From Cyanobacteriota bacterium (lineage in GTDB: Bacteria; Cyanobacteriota; Cyanobacteriia; Thermostichales; Thermostichaceae), in the NCBI GenBank assembly GCA_033764955.1, contig JANRIL010000023.1, forward strand, positions 97,290 to 161,289: DNA of 64,000 bases. Reading direction: 5' to 3'. The notes under the pieces were generated by a model. The model searched no databases. It was not told where the DNA came from and worked only from the letters and a program-made list of their open reading frames with translations. This document shows, piece by piece, positions 48,359 through 58,592 of this stretch; positions within the stretch are counted from its first letter, which is position 1; every line of letters begins with the position of its first letter. The translations under genes were made by a program, and so were the position numbers.

Positions 48359-48867
48359 GGATTGCTACCTATCATTAATTGAGACTATTCACCGATTCAG
48401 ATTTAATATATTATGGCTCAACTATGCTGAGTTTCCTATTTGTTTCCGTGAAATCATAAAATGTATAAATATGGTGTGACTAATGCTAATCTCTGTGTGG
48501 ATGCAATCGGATTAGCAATGAATTGAATAAGGGTTATCTTTAGCTCCAGCATAGTAGCCTTTGGTTTTGATACTACTTCCTAAATTTATCCACTCAACTT
48601 CTTCCTCTCAATCCTGAGCTATGATTTCTTTCTTACAGACCTCGACGAATATCAATACTACAGTTTTTTAGGCAAATGAGATCTGCCTAAGCTAAAGTGG
48701 TAGGCGTCTTAGCTTCAACCTGCACCCTGCCAAAATAAAAAGCTCCTCCCTGAAGTGACCTTCTCATCAGAAAAAATTATTAAGGATCTTGACTATCCTA
48801 CCTCATAAAGATTTAGGCTATAAATGTACCTGTATAAAATGTAAGGTAGTTTGCCCTGGTTTTCACC

Positions 48868-49755
48868 ATGGTTAACTCCGCTGTAGCAAGGGGATCGGTT
48901 ATGCAGTCACTTGACAAGGATCCTCACGGATCTAACTCATGGATCCCTGTAGAGCCAATTTTTGGCTATGGATACCCTCCTGATTCTGGATGGCGGCGGG
49001 TGGCTAATCATCGGTCATTAATAATCTTGGTAGGAACTACAGCCGTAGGCAAGGGAACCGTTATAACTCTGACGCGACAACAGCTTGAGCAACACAATCA
49101 GAAGACTCTTCTATTACCCAATCGTCGCCAATTGACGGACAAGATTATTTTGATGGATAAACCGATTACTTGTCGACTACAGCGGATGAAACTGACTCAA
49201 CAATTTCGAGAAAGAGTGGCGGGTGGAATGGCCAGCATTCTCGACCATCTCTGGATTCAAGTATCGAATACGGATCCATCGATCTTAATCTTTGATGGTT
49301 TACGAGGAGAATCAGAAGTTTCTTATGCAATAGCTGCCCTGCCAAACGCTCGGTTTGTTTTGTTAGAGGCTCCTGCTGTGACCAGATTGCAGCGTTTGCT
49401 CAAGCGGCAGGATCAGTTTGATATGGTCACAACTATTCCTGAGACAGAGCAAGATACGGATCTATTTCCGGAGAGCTTTGATCAGCTTAATGTGGGTGCA
49501 GTTGATCATCTTTTTTCTAGCTTTGAACAAAAACAATTATTAAAGTGGGCACAAGACGAATCGATCTTAAAAAGTAACTTAGTTAGTAAAATACAAATTC
49601 TTTTGGAAGAATCACAAAACTATAATACAGAAACGACTAAGCAAACCTTACTCGATTTGGCGTCTAGTCGGACACTAGTGGTTGACACCTCTCAAGTTTC
49701 ATCAGTGGAGGCGAGCAATTTAATTGGGCAATTCATACAACTTGTAACTACTTAA
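48868..49755 (+). CDS. P-loop NTPase/kinase-like protein
   Basis: Walker A-like LVGTTAVGKGT; IFDGLRG; kinase-like lid R.QRLLKR. Confidence 0.7.
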   Translation: MVNSAVARGSVMQSLDKDPHGSNSWIPVEPIFGYGYPPDSGWRRVANHRSLIILVGTTAVGKGTVITLTRQQLEQHNQKTLLLPNRRQLTDKIILMDKPITCRLQRMKLTQQFRERVAGGMASILDHLWIQVSNTDPSILIFDGLRGESEVSYAIAALPNARFVLLEAPAVTRLQRLLKRQDQFDMVTTIPETEQDTDLFPESFDQLNVGAVDHLFSSFEQKQLLKWAQDESILKSNLVSKIQILLEESQNYNTETTKQTLLDLASSRTLVVDTSQVSSVEASNLIGQFIQLVTT

Positions 49756-49772
49756 AGTTGAGACCAAAGATT

Positions 49773-50912
49773 ATGTCACTAACTAATTTCTTTATAGTGG
49801 ACAGCACATTGAGAGAGGGTGAACAATGTCCTCGCGTTAACTTTTCAACGGAGCAAAAGATTGAGATTGCCTATTCTCTAGCTGAATTTGGAGTCGAGTT
49901 CATTGAATTGACTTCGCCAGTTGCTTCTCCTCGATCTCGCCAAGACTGTCTTAAAATTAGCAGCTTAGGACTACCCTGTAAAATAGTGACTCATATTCGA
50001 TGCCATTCCGAAGATGCTCAAATCGCTATTGATTCAGGTGTTAATGGGATAAATATTGCCATAGGAACATCAAGACTACTTCGCGAACATGGACATGGCA
50101 AAAATATAAATCAAATTATTGATTTAGCAACAGAGGTTATCACTTATATTCATAGTCAAAATCCTAATTTGATAATAAGATTTTCTGCTGAAGATTCTTT
50201 TCGTAGTTCCTTCCAAGATTTATTATCAGTTTTCCTGCCCATTCAAAAGCTAGAGATGATTCATCGAATTGGCATTGCTGATACTGTAGGCATTGCTACT
50301 CCCTTTCAAGTTTATAGTCTAATTAAGAGTCTACGACAATTGGTGGGTTCAGCGATGGATATTGAGTTTCATGGACATAATGATACGGGATGTGCAGTAG
50401 CGAACAGTCACTCGGCTTTGGAAGCAGGAGCTACTCACATTGACACCACTATTTTAGGGATCGGAGAACGAAATGGTATCACTTCTTTGGCCGGATTTAT
50501 CAGTCGCATGTATACTATCAGTTACGAATCTGTCTCTAGATATAACCTAAAGAAATTAGTTCCCTTACATAATCTTTTGTCAGAAATGATAGGGATCCCA
50601 ATTCCATTTAATCATTGTATTGTTGGCGAGTCTGCTTTTATCCACAAGGCAGGTATCCATAGTAAAGCTGTTTTAAGCAACCCCCAGTCTTATGAAAGTA
50701 TTGATCCAATGGTGTTTGGTTTAGATCGTCAGATTATAACTAATCATCGTTTAACGGGCTGGAATGCTATTGCAGATCGGGCTAATCAATTGGGTCTAAA
50801 CCTTGATGTGGATGAGATTCGTCAATTAACTCTTTACATTAAACAGTTAGCTGATCAAAAGCTGCTAACTCAGAATGATGTCGATCAAATTCTTTTGGAT
50901 GCTAGCATATGA
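49773..50912 (+). CDS. Homocitrate synthase, Thermus LysS/fungal Lys20 type
   Basis: DSTLREGEQ, IELTSPVASP.SR, THIRC, RFSAEDSFRS, ADTVGIATP, EFHGHNDTGCA and HKAGIH.KA motifs. Confidence 0.88.
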   Translation: MSLTNFFIVDSTLREGEQCPRVNFSTEQKIEIAYSLAEFGVEFIELTSPVASPRSRQDCLKISSLGLPCKIVTHIRCHSEDAQIAIDSGVNGINIAIGTSRLLREHGHGKNINQIIDLATEVITYIHSQNPNLIIRFSAEDSFRSSFQDLLSVFLPIQKLEMIHRIGIADTVGIATPFQVYSLIKSLRQLVGSAMDIEFHGHNDTGCAVANSHSALEAGATHIDTTILGIGERNGITSLAGFISRMYTISYESVSRYNLKKLVPLHNLLSEMIGIPIPFNHCIVGESAFIHKAGIHSKAVLSNPQSYESIDPMVFGLDRQIITNHRLTGWNAIADRANQLGLNLDVDEIRQLTLYIKQLADQKLLTQNDVDQILLDASI

Positions 50913-51802
50913 TTACCTACGCTCCCTTCGCCGAAACCTTTGGCACTTTCATATATAGTAACCAGGCCTCCATATTCTGTTTAGAACGAAATCAGATTTT
51001 GGAGATATTCAAGGACAAAGGAGCTATCCTATTTCGAGACTTTAACTTGTCTCTAATAGACTTTAAATCCTTTAGCAGTTTATTTTGTGATCATTTTATG
51101 CCCTATCGTGGAGGAGCTATTCCCCGTGAGGTGATTGATAATGACAATACTGTTTTGTCCGTCACGGGTAACCACCTTAAATATGCTGTTTCACTCCACG
51201 GAGAGATGTACTACATGGATGAACGACCAGACCTGCTCTGGTTTTATTGCAACCGACCCGCTCAGGAGGGAGGAGAAACAACCCTCTGTGATGGAGCAGA
51301 GTTTCTCCGTCACCTACAGCCCAGCACTCAACGCTTTTTTGAGAATAATCGCCTCAAGTATAGGCGTATCTATCCTCTGCAAATATGGCAGAAGATGTAC
51401 CAGACTGAGGATCTGTCCGTTTTAGATAAAATCTGCCAAGCTAACAACATTCGTTATACTTATAACAAGCAAACAGGATCGTTAACAACCGAATCAATCC
51501 AATGGGCTGTTCACTCCAGTCCTGGTAGGGTGGGTAAGGTGTTTATTAATAATATCCTCCCTATCTTGGATGGAATTGTTGGTCAGACCAGCAGTTGGGT
51601 CATGTTAGAGGATGACTCAGAGATCCCTAAGAGTATTTGTCAGGAAATACGTCAGGTTGCTGAAAAGATAACTTTTCCCGTAGTCTGGCAAGCAGGTGAC
51701 TTGCTGATGGTTGACAACACTCGCTTACTTCATGGTAGAAGGGCTTATATCGACGATCACCGTTCCATTTACGTTAGGTTGGGGAAATTGCTGTGCAGCT
51801 AA
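50909..51802 (+). CDS. TauD/TfdA-family Fe(II)/2-oxoglutarate dioxygenase
   Basis: GAILFRDF, LHGEM, WFYC..P...GGET.L.DG and W..GD.L.VDN....HGR motifs. ATGA overlap with the synthase gene. Confidence 0.88.
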   Translation: MITYAPFAETFGTFIYSNQASIFCLERNQILEIFKDKGAILFRDFNLSLIDFKSFSSLFCDHFMPYRGGAIPREVIDNDNTVLSVTGNHLKYAVSLHGEMYYMDERPDLLWFYCNRPAQEGGETTLCDGAEFLRHLQPSTQRFFENNRLKYRRIYPLQIWQKMYQTEDLSVLDKICQANNIRYTYNKQTGSLTTESIQWAVHSSPGRVGKVFINNILPILDGIVGQTSSWVMLEDDSEIPKSICQEIRQVAEKITFPVVWQAGDLLMVDNTRLLHGRRAYIDDHRSIYVRLGKLLCS

Positions 51803-53280
51803 AAAGTGCTAACCCTGCAAAAGTCTTGTGGAATCCTCTACCAACTGGTTCAGGGTTAAAAGCTAAATTAGTGGGGGCAACCCTAGTCACTGTGACCCTT
51901 ACTGCTGCTATCATCCATATTCCTTGGCTATTAACGTCAAGGCGAAATATAGAAAGTATAATTAGTCAAACTAATGATCAGATCACTTTAGGTGTTTCTC
52001 AAAAAGTAGGCAGTTTATTCGATTCTGCTAGTACATCTTTAGGCGTCATCGAAAACATTTTTGCCAATGGTTGGGTTGATCTTAATAATTCGATAGAACG
52101 AGAAAATTTCTACTTTAACTTCTTAGAAGAAAATCCTGCTTATTCTTTTGTTGTCTTTGGATATTCTAATGGTAATCAGTTAGCTGCTAGCCGTGATGCC
52201 CAAGGAACCTTAAGAGTTTTCTTTCGGCAGTGGGATCCTGGCAAAAAAATCTCAGATGTATCAGTTCACCAATACGGACTCGTCAATGGGAAGTGGGTTG
52301 TTACGAAAAAAGATACTTATCAAGAGAAATTTTTTGCTCCTGATAGACCTTGGTACAAAGTGGCAATAGACAATCTTCAGAAACGAGTTTGGACTGATGT
52401 CTATATGTTTAACACAGATAAAGTGCCTGGCATCAATTTTAGCCTCGCTCTAATTGAGGATGGTAAAACTTCAGGAGTCATCAGTATTGCTTTTGAGCTA
52501 GCTCAGATTTCCGGTTTTTTGAGAGATATCAGAGGTAAAGCCGATGAGATTTTCTTGATGAATGGCAAAGGGGATCTCATTGCCTTTACGGGAGATGAAG
52601 ACGGATTTAGCCTAAATCAAGATCAAAAATCTGTTCGCTTAAAAAGATTAGAAGAAACAGATAGTTCTTATTTGAGCATGGCAAGCCTTGCTCTCAAAAA
52701 TAAGGGTTTTTCTATAGAGCAAATGGGTGAAAGACAATCTTTGATACATCAACATCCCTCTGGAGAAAAATACTATATTACGCTCAGTCCGCTAACTGAG
52801 TATGAAGAGTTAGGTTGGCATGTTGGTACCGTTATTCCTGAGTCAGCTTACACATCTGAAATTGATCAAAACACGAGAATTTTATTCTTTATTATTGCAG
52901 GTAGCACCATTATTGCTGTGATTCTGGCTATTTTATTAACCGAGAAAGTGATTGCTCAGCCCTTAAGTATTGTTGCCGAGTCTACTTCTTTGATTGAGAG
53001 TGATCACTTTGATCCTGATACGTTGTCGAGGATGATTAATCCGGTACTTCGTAGACAAGATGAGTTGGGGCAATTAGCTCGTGTGATACTCCAAATGTCT
53101 AATCAGGTGTATACGCGGGAGAAGCAACTTAAAGAAGAAGTTAAAGAATTACGAATCGAAATTGACGAGGCAAAACGCCAGAAACAGGTGAACGAAATCG
53201 TTGATAGTGAATTCTTTCAAGATCTGGCTGAGAAAGCCAAAACTATACGGCGCAACCGAGATAAAAAAGATCTCAAATAG
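51793..53280 (+). CDS. Cache-HAMP membrane sensor with a short coiled-coil tail and no enzymatic output domain
   Basis: TM1; dCache-like region (DRPWY...VWTDVY); TM2; HAMP (QPL...R.DELGQLARV..QM); tail LRIEIDEAKRQKQVNEIVDSEFFQDL. Confidence 0.82.
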   Translation: MQLKSANPAKVLWNPLPTGSGLKAKLVGATLVTVTLTAAIIHIPWLLTSRRNIESIISQTNDQITLGVSQKVGSLFDSASTSLGVIENIFANGWVDLNNSIERENFYFNFLEENPAYSFVVFGYSNGNQLAASRDAQGTLRVFFRQWDPGKKISDVSVHQYGLVNGKWVVTKKDTYQEKFFAPDRPWYKVAIDNLQKRVWTDVYMFNTDKVPGINFSLALIEDGKTSGVISIAFELAQISGFLRDIRGKADEIFLMNGKGDLIAFTGDEDGFSLNQDQKSVRLKRLEETDSSYLSMASLALKNKGFSIEQMGERQSLIHQHPSGEKYYITLSPLTEYEELGWHVGTVIPESAYTSEIDQNTRILFFIIAGSTIIAVILAILLTEKVIAQPLSIVAESTSLIESDHFDPDTLSRMINPVLRRQDELGQLARVILQMSNQVYTREKQLKEEVKELRIEIDEAKRQKQVNEIVDSEFFQDLAEKAKTIRRNRDKKDLK

Positions 53281-53299
53281 GCTGCTATGGATCCATTAG

Positions 53300-55450
53300 C
53301 TATTTGCCTGCCCGTTCCATCAAAATCTGTTGTGTACTCCGAACGGGTTCCTCAGGTTGCGGGATCCGTTGTAGGTATTGACCATCCGGCTGGAGATCCC
53401 AGGCTTGTCGATTATCAGCCAGCATAATCCCTAAGATCTCCTGCAATTCTTTCATGAGATGGGGATCCCGAATAGGGGTTACGGCTTCAACACGTTTATC
53501 CAAATTACGAGTCATCCAATCAGCGCTTCCAATATAAATCTCCTCTTGACCTCCGTTATAAAAGTAGAAAATTCGGGAGTGTTCGAGTAATCGACCTACC
53601 ACACTGATCACGCGAATGTTTTCACTCAATGAGGGGATCCCTGGTTTCAGGCAACACATGCCCCGTACAATCAAATCGATTTGTACCCCAGCTTGGCTGG
53701 CTTGATAGAGCTTAGTAATAATCAACGGGTCGACTAGCGAATTAACTTTAGCAACGATACGTCCTTTATGGCCTTGGTGATAGTGATGAATTTCTCGTTC
53801 GATCATCTCTGTCATGCGCGCCCGCAAGGTAACGGGAGCCACTAAAAGCTCACGAAATTGTCGCTGACGAGAATATCCTGTTAATAAGTTAAATAAATCA
53901 GTGATGTCAGATCCAAGATTTTCATCACAGGTTAGCAACCCCAAGTCAGTATAAAGTCGTGCTGTTTTGGGATTATAATTCCCTGTGCCAATGTGAACAT
54001 AACGTCGCAACTGATCTCCTTCTTGCCGTACCACTAAAGCTAGCTTACAGTGGATTTTTAAGCCGGGTAACCCGTAGGCTACATGTACCCCAGCCTTCTC
54101 CAGTTTTTTTGCCCACTGAATATTATTTTCTTCGTCAAAGCGAGCCTTTAACTCTACTAAAGCAGCCACTTGCTTGCCATTTTCTGCCGCTGTAATTAGC
54201 GCGTTGACAACTGGAGAGTCTCCTGACGTTCGATAAAGTGTTTGTTTAATGGTTAAGACTTGTGGATCTGTTGCCGCCGCTTCGAGAAAGCGCAAAACAC
54301 TCGTGGTGAAAGATTCGTAGGGGTGGTGTAGGAGAATATCTCCTGCCCGAATCACAGCAAAAATATCCGCCTGTTCGTCATCGCCATAGCCAACTGTGTG
54401 ACGCAACCGACTGTTCATGCCAAAGTTCCAAACCGGGTCCTTTAAGTGGGGAAGTTCAATTGACAAAAATGACATTAAACTGCCCAAATTGAGTAGCCCT
54501 CCTACAACATAAACATCCTGGGATCCCAGGTTTAATTCTTCTTGCAGCCGCAGACGAATATTTTCGGGAGTATGGTTGGCAATCTCCATCCTCACAACCG
54601 AGCCAAATCGCCGTTTTCTTAGCTCGTCTTGAATCGCTGATAAGAGATCGTCAGCTTCTTCTTCTTGGATCTCAAGATCGGCGTCGCGAGTAATCCGAAA
54701 TGGGTAATATTCCAAGATCTTCATCCCCACAAACAGGGATTCCAAGTTATGAGCAATCACCTGCTCAAGAGGGACAAAGGTGAGGGTGTCATCAATCCGC
54801 ACAAAGCGAGGTAATACCGCAGGAACTTTTACCCGTGCAAAATGTTCTTCTTGAGTTTGGGAGTCTTGGACAACAACAGCAAGGCTCAGGCTAAGATTGG
54901 AAATATAAGGAAACGGATGTGCCGGATCGACAGCTAGCGGGGTTAGAACGGGAAAAATACGATTATCAAAATAATCCTTGAGAGACTGTCTTTGTTGATC
55001 AGACAGGTCAGGATAGTTAAGGATATAAATATGATTTTCTGCCAAAGAATTGCGTAACAATTCAAAACATTGATGATGTTTCTCCACCAATGGATGAAGA
55101 TGACTATAGATAAGTTGTAGCTGTTGATTAGGGGTTAATCCGTCGGGAGTTAGCGTTGTTACTCCTGTCTCCTTTTGCCGTTTAATAACAGCTACTCGCA
55201 CCATAAAAAATTCATCCAAATTGCTCTCAAAAATAGCCAAAAACTTGAGACGTTCTAATAAAGGAGTTCGCTCATCGAGAGCTTCGTGTAAGACTCTGGC
55301 ATTAAACTGAATCCAGCTTAACTCTCGGTTAAAATAATGTTCAGGATTGGCAAAGCCCACCTGCACGGGCATCCCTTTTGGCTGCTGAATGGTTCCGGAG
55401 AGTTCAGAGTATTCGACTTTTGCGGCTGAGGTCGAGGTGCCAGAAGACAT
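53300..55450 (-). CDS. ppk1: Polyphosphate kinase 1
   Basis: YFNRELSWIQFN.RVL, SNLDEFFMVRVA, HHPYESF, ELKARFDEENNI, HCK, TGNYN and LEHSRI motifs. Confidence 0.97.
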   Translation of the reverse strand: MSSGTSTSAAKVEYSELSGTIQQPKGMPVQVGFANPEHYFNRELSWIQFNARVLHEALDERTPLLERLKFLAIFESNLDEFFMVRVAVIKRQKETGVTTLTPDGLTPNQQLQLIYSHLHPLVEKHHQCFELLRNSLAENHIYILNYPDLSDQQRQSLKDYFDNRIFPVLTPLAVDPAHPFPYISNLSLSLAVVVQDSQTQEEHFARVKVPAVLPRFVRIDDTLTFVPLEQVIAHNLESLFVGMKILEYYPFRITRDADLEIQEEEADDLLSAIQDELRKRRFGSVVRMEIANHTPENIRLRLQEELNLGSQDVYVVGGLLNLGSLMSFLSIELPHLKDPVWNFGMNSRLRHTVGYGDDEQADIFAVIRAGDILLHHPYESFTTSVLRFLEAAATDPQVLTIKQTLYRTSGDSPVVNALITAAENGKQVAALVELKARFDEENNIQWAKKLEKAGVHVAYGLPGLKIHCKLALVVRQEGDQLRRYVHIGTGNYNPKTARLYTDLGLLTCDENLGSDITDLFNLLTGYSRQRQFRELLVAPVTLRARMTEMIEREIHHYHQGHKGRIVAKVNSLVDPLIITKLYQASQAGVQIDLIVRGMCCLKPGIPSLSENIRVISVVGRLLEHSRIFYFYNGGQEEIYIGSADWMTRNLDKRVEAVTPIRDPHLMKELQEILGIMLADNRQAWDLQPDGQYLQRIPQPEEPVRSTQQILMERAGK

Positions 55451-55514
55451 AGCGGTTAGCTGCCGAAGGTTTCACCTGTGAGTATAAGCGAAACCCTGTA
55501 ATGACTAGGCAAGG

Positions 55515-56573
55515 TTAAGAAAGGCTCGCGTCATCCCAAAAGGAAATCCCTGCTCGGTGGGCTACTATTCTCCCGATGACTTCCCAATAGGAACGAACCC
55601 ATTGAAAAGGGATCCCCAGATCTGCTGGATGAACTCGCATAGTGGTGGTGTTCTCTTCAACCGCCATTAGCAGGGGTGGATTGGAACGATTGACCAGTGC
55701 CAACAAACCTGGGCTACCAAAAGCCGTGGCAGGAGCCACCACCACATCAATATGGCCTGCCTGAAGATCGGTGGGCAAGCTGAGTTGATGGGGCAAGACA
55801 AACTGTGGGGCATAGCTCAACCCCGCCAGCACCGAAGGCAAAAAAGTAAACCCAACTTCTTCAGCGGCAGCTCTAGGGTGAACGGGCGTGGGCGGATCAC
55901 TGACCCGCAACACCGGAGCATGGGCAGCCGGGATCCCCAATTCCCGCACCACCAAATGGCTGAGGATCGCCTCTACCCCCGCTAAGGGATCGACCCCCGC
56001 CGCCTGCTGATAGTCTGTAAAATCGAGATCATCGGGAAAACGAGCCACTAGTGCCAGCGCTTCGCACCCCCCAGCCACCAACTGCCGCGCCGCCCCCAAC
56101 AAACTGCTGGGATGTTGCAGCCTACCATAGCTGGCTCCAGAAGGAGCCTGACCCAGGGAAATTTGCAGGGGCTGGTCGGTAGTTTGACAAGCGTGAATGG
56201 TGAGACCCAACGTGGCCTGAGCGGCCTGGATCACCTGCTGCTGCCTCAGCCAAAGATCAGCTTCGATAGCCGAGTCCACAACCACACCAAGCCGATTCTG
56301 CCGCACCCGCCGCAGCCCCCAGGCTCCCTGACAAAACTGATCCAGCCCATACCCCTCCACATACAACGTATTGGGGAGAGGCCAAAATAAACTGGCTCCA
56401 TTCAAAACATTGGGATGGGTGATCAAAATATCCACAGCCGCGGCTAACGCACGGGCAATCGGCAATCCATCGCCAGCATATCCCCCCACCGAACAGCCGA
56501 TCCCTGTGGGCATTAACAGCAACGCCACATAAGGTTTCTGAAAAAGGGAGGGATCCCGCCAAGCCGCCAGCAT
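55515..56573 (-). CDS. DUF3326 domain protein
   Basis: PTGIG..VGGYAGD, THPNVLNGA, GVD.LAG.EA..SH and PRAAAEE.G.TFLP motifs. Confidence 0.85.
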   Translation of the reverse strand: MLAAWRDPSLFQKPYVALLLMPTGIGCSVGGYAGDGLPIARALAAAVDILITHPNVLNGASLFWPLPNTLYVEGYGLDQFCQGAWGLRRVRQNRLGVVVDSAIEADLWLRQQQVIQAAQATLGLTIHACQTTDQPLQISLGQAPSGASYGRLQHPSSLLGAARQLVAGGCEALALVARFPDDLDFTDYQQAAGVDPLAGVEAILSHLVVRELGIPAAHAPVLRVSDPPTPVHPRAAAEEVGFTFLPSVLAGLSYAPQFVLPHQLSLPTDLQAGHIDVVVAPATAFGSPGLLALVNRSNPPLLMAVEENTTTMRVHPADLGIPFQWVRSYWEVIGRIVAHRAGISFWDDASLS

Positions 56574-56760
56574 AAGGAGTAGAGTTGTCTCAGACTGTCT
56601 TTGGGTCTACACAGGATAAGGGCGCGAGTAGCTAGGGATCCCTAGGCAAAACTGTCTTGACCAATTTTTCTTGACCAATTAGGTATTTGCTGGACTTCAA
56701 TTGTTGCCTTCCCTCTTCTAGGATAGATTTTATCTTTACGTTTTTTAAGGATTGACCCAT

Positions 56761-57090
56761 ATGCGTCTCATCAAAGCCCTGCTGGGCGGGATCCTCAGTT
56801 TCTTTGGTATTTTGTTGGGGGGACTTTTGGAAAATATCACGGGCGCGTTTCGATCAGAAGATAGCCAGCCGATCCCTGCCCCTCTGGATGTGGCGGCTTC
56901 GACTGCTGCCAGCAGCTTCTCACTACCCGTTTCTCAACCCGTGGCTTCTTCATCTGTGGCTCAACCTAGCCAACCCATTTCTCCTTTCATCCCAAACAGC
57001 ATCACCGCCCCTCCCCCCAATCGTCGCCCTGGCAAAACCATGACTGCCTTCAAGCTCATGGCACGGGATCTCTCCCTCCGGCAGGGCTAG
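56761..57090 (+). CDS. Hypothetical protein
   Basis: Hydrophobic N-terminus and C-terminal RRPG..M..F..MAR, a pattern typical of small cyanobacterial proteins. Confidence 0.6.
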   Translation: MRLIKALLGGILSFFGILLGGLLENITGAFRSEDSQPIPAPLDVAASTAASSFSLPVSQPVASSSVAQPSQPISPFIPNSITAPPPNRRPGKTMTAFKLMARDLSLRQG

Positions 57091-57167
57091 AGGAGTGGGT
57101 AGGCTGGATAGTTTCGTGAATAGTTTCCTGAAGAGTTTATCAACCTTGGGGATCCCACCAACCTTAA

Positions 57168-57926
57168 TTAGCCCCGCGTCAGGACACCGTGATGCTTGAG
57201 ATCGGTCTTGATCTCCGCTATCGATAATTGCCCATAGTGCAATAGCGACGCTAAGAGAGCGGCTTCGGCTTGTCCGTGGGTGAAGGCTTGCCGGATGTGA
57301 GATAGACTGCCCGCTCCCCCTGAAGCAATGACAGGTACAGCTACCGCTTCGGCTACGCTGGCGGTCAGCTCTAAGTCATAGCCTGCTTGGGTGCCATCGG
57401 CATCCATACTGGTGAGTAAGATCTCGCCTGCCCCCCGGTCGGCGACGGTTTTGGCCCAGGCAATAGCATCCAGTCCTGTCGCCTCTCGCCCCCCTCGCAC
57501 CATCACCTGCCACCCGCCCTCTGGGTTGCGGCGAGCATCAATCGCCACCACAATACACTGTCCACCAAAGCGACGACTCGCGGCATGAATCAGATCAGGA
57601 TCTCGTACTGCCGCTGAATTGATGCTGACTTTATCTGCTCCCGCCCGCAACAGAGCACGCATCGTCTCTAGATCGCGGATCCCTCCCCCTACTGTCAGAG
57701 GAATGAACACCTGTTCAGCCGTCCGCTGTACCACATCAAAAATAATGTTGCGATCTTCGTGGGTAGCCGTGATGTCCAAAAACACCAGTTCATCGGCTCC
57801 CGCTTCGTTATAGATCTGCGCCAACTCCACCGGATCCCCAGCATCCTTCAGATCCAGAAACTGGATCCCTTTCACCACTCGACCGGCTCGCACGTCCAGA
57901 CAGGGCACAATCCGCTTCGCTAGCAC
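57168..57926 (-). CDS. hisF: Imidazole glycerol phosphate synthase subunit HisF
   Basis: [39 protein letters not shown] and PVIASGG motifs. GTG start with AGGAG upstream. Confidence 0.97.
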   Translation of the reverse strand: MLAKRIVPCLDVRAGRVVKGIQFLDLKDAGDPVELAQIYNEAGADELVFLDITATHEDRNIIFDVVQRTAEQVFIPLTVGGGIRDLETMRALLRAGADKVSINSAAVRDPDLIHAASRRFGGQCIVVAIDARRNPEGGWQVMVRGGREATGLDAIAWAKTVADRGAGEILLTSMDADGTQAGYDLELTASVAEAVAVPVIASGGAGSLSHIRQAFTHGQAEAALLASLLHYGQLSIAEIKTDLKHHGVLTRG

Positions 57927-58160
57927 CGTTTTTGACTCCTCATGCAAACTTTTTATACCTATCCCTACCAATGTAAAGGGATCCCCTACGGCATCCATCT
58001 ATTTTTTTGATATATGTCATGCAACTTGTCTTTTGTATCTCAACGGGGAGCTATCTAAATTAGAAGCATGAGCGACCTGAGGACAAAACCCCCAGAAATG
58101 AAGAACTCTCCAGATGTTTAATTCTGAGATTTTGACCTTAAGCCTCTAGCCATTTTCCCC

Positions 58161-58529
58161 ATGACTATGGAGTGCTTAGCCATGACCACCACTTTCTCTC
58201 TCGATCAAACCACCCCTGCTTCCTCGATGGCTCCGCAGCGCCATGTCCTCCACAAGGGGGATGTTTTGCGTCTACCTTTTGCCCATCAGACCTTGCATAT
58301 TCTATCTGGCTATGCCTGGGTAACGGCTGGACAAGGAGACTGGGTGATTGGAACTGGAGAAACCCGCTTTTTGGTGGCTTCGCCTAGCCTAACCTTGGTA
58401 TCTAGCCTGGGAGAGAGTCCGGTCATCTTAGATCTGGCTGTCAACGAAATTCCCCATCCATCAGGCTGGCAAAAACTGGGGCAACGGATCCGTTCTTGGA
58501 TAGATTCACTGGTTTCTAGCCAACTGTGA
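58161..58529 (+). CDS. DUF2917-like small cupin-type protein
   Basis: L.KG.VLRL....L.ILSG.AWVT..D.VI..GE pattern. Confidence 0.5.
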   Translation: MTMECLAMTTTFSLDQTTPASSMAPQRHVLHKGDVLRLPFAHQTLHILSGYAWVTAGQGDWVIGTGETRFLVASPSLTLVSSLGESPVILDLAVNEIPHPSGWQKLGQRIRSWIDSLVSSQL

Positions 58530-58592
58530 TGAGTTCGCTACCAAGCATAGGGGATCCTAGGACGGTTGCCGAAGAGGATGCTATGGGATCCC

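Noticed and set aside
49773..50912. nifV or leuA assignment
   Set aside because: The motifs fit Thermus/fungal homocitrate synthase. There is no LeuA regulatory domain and no nif context.
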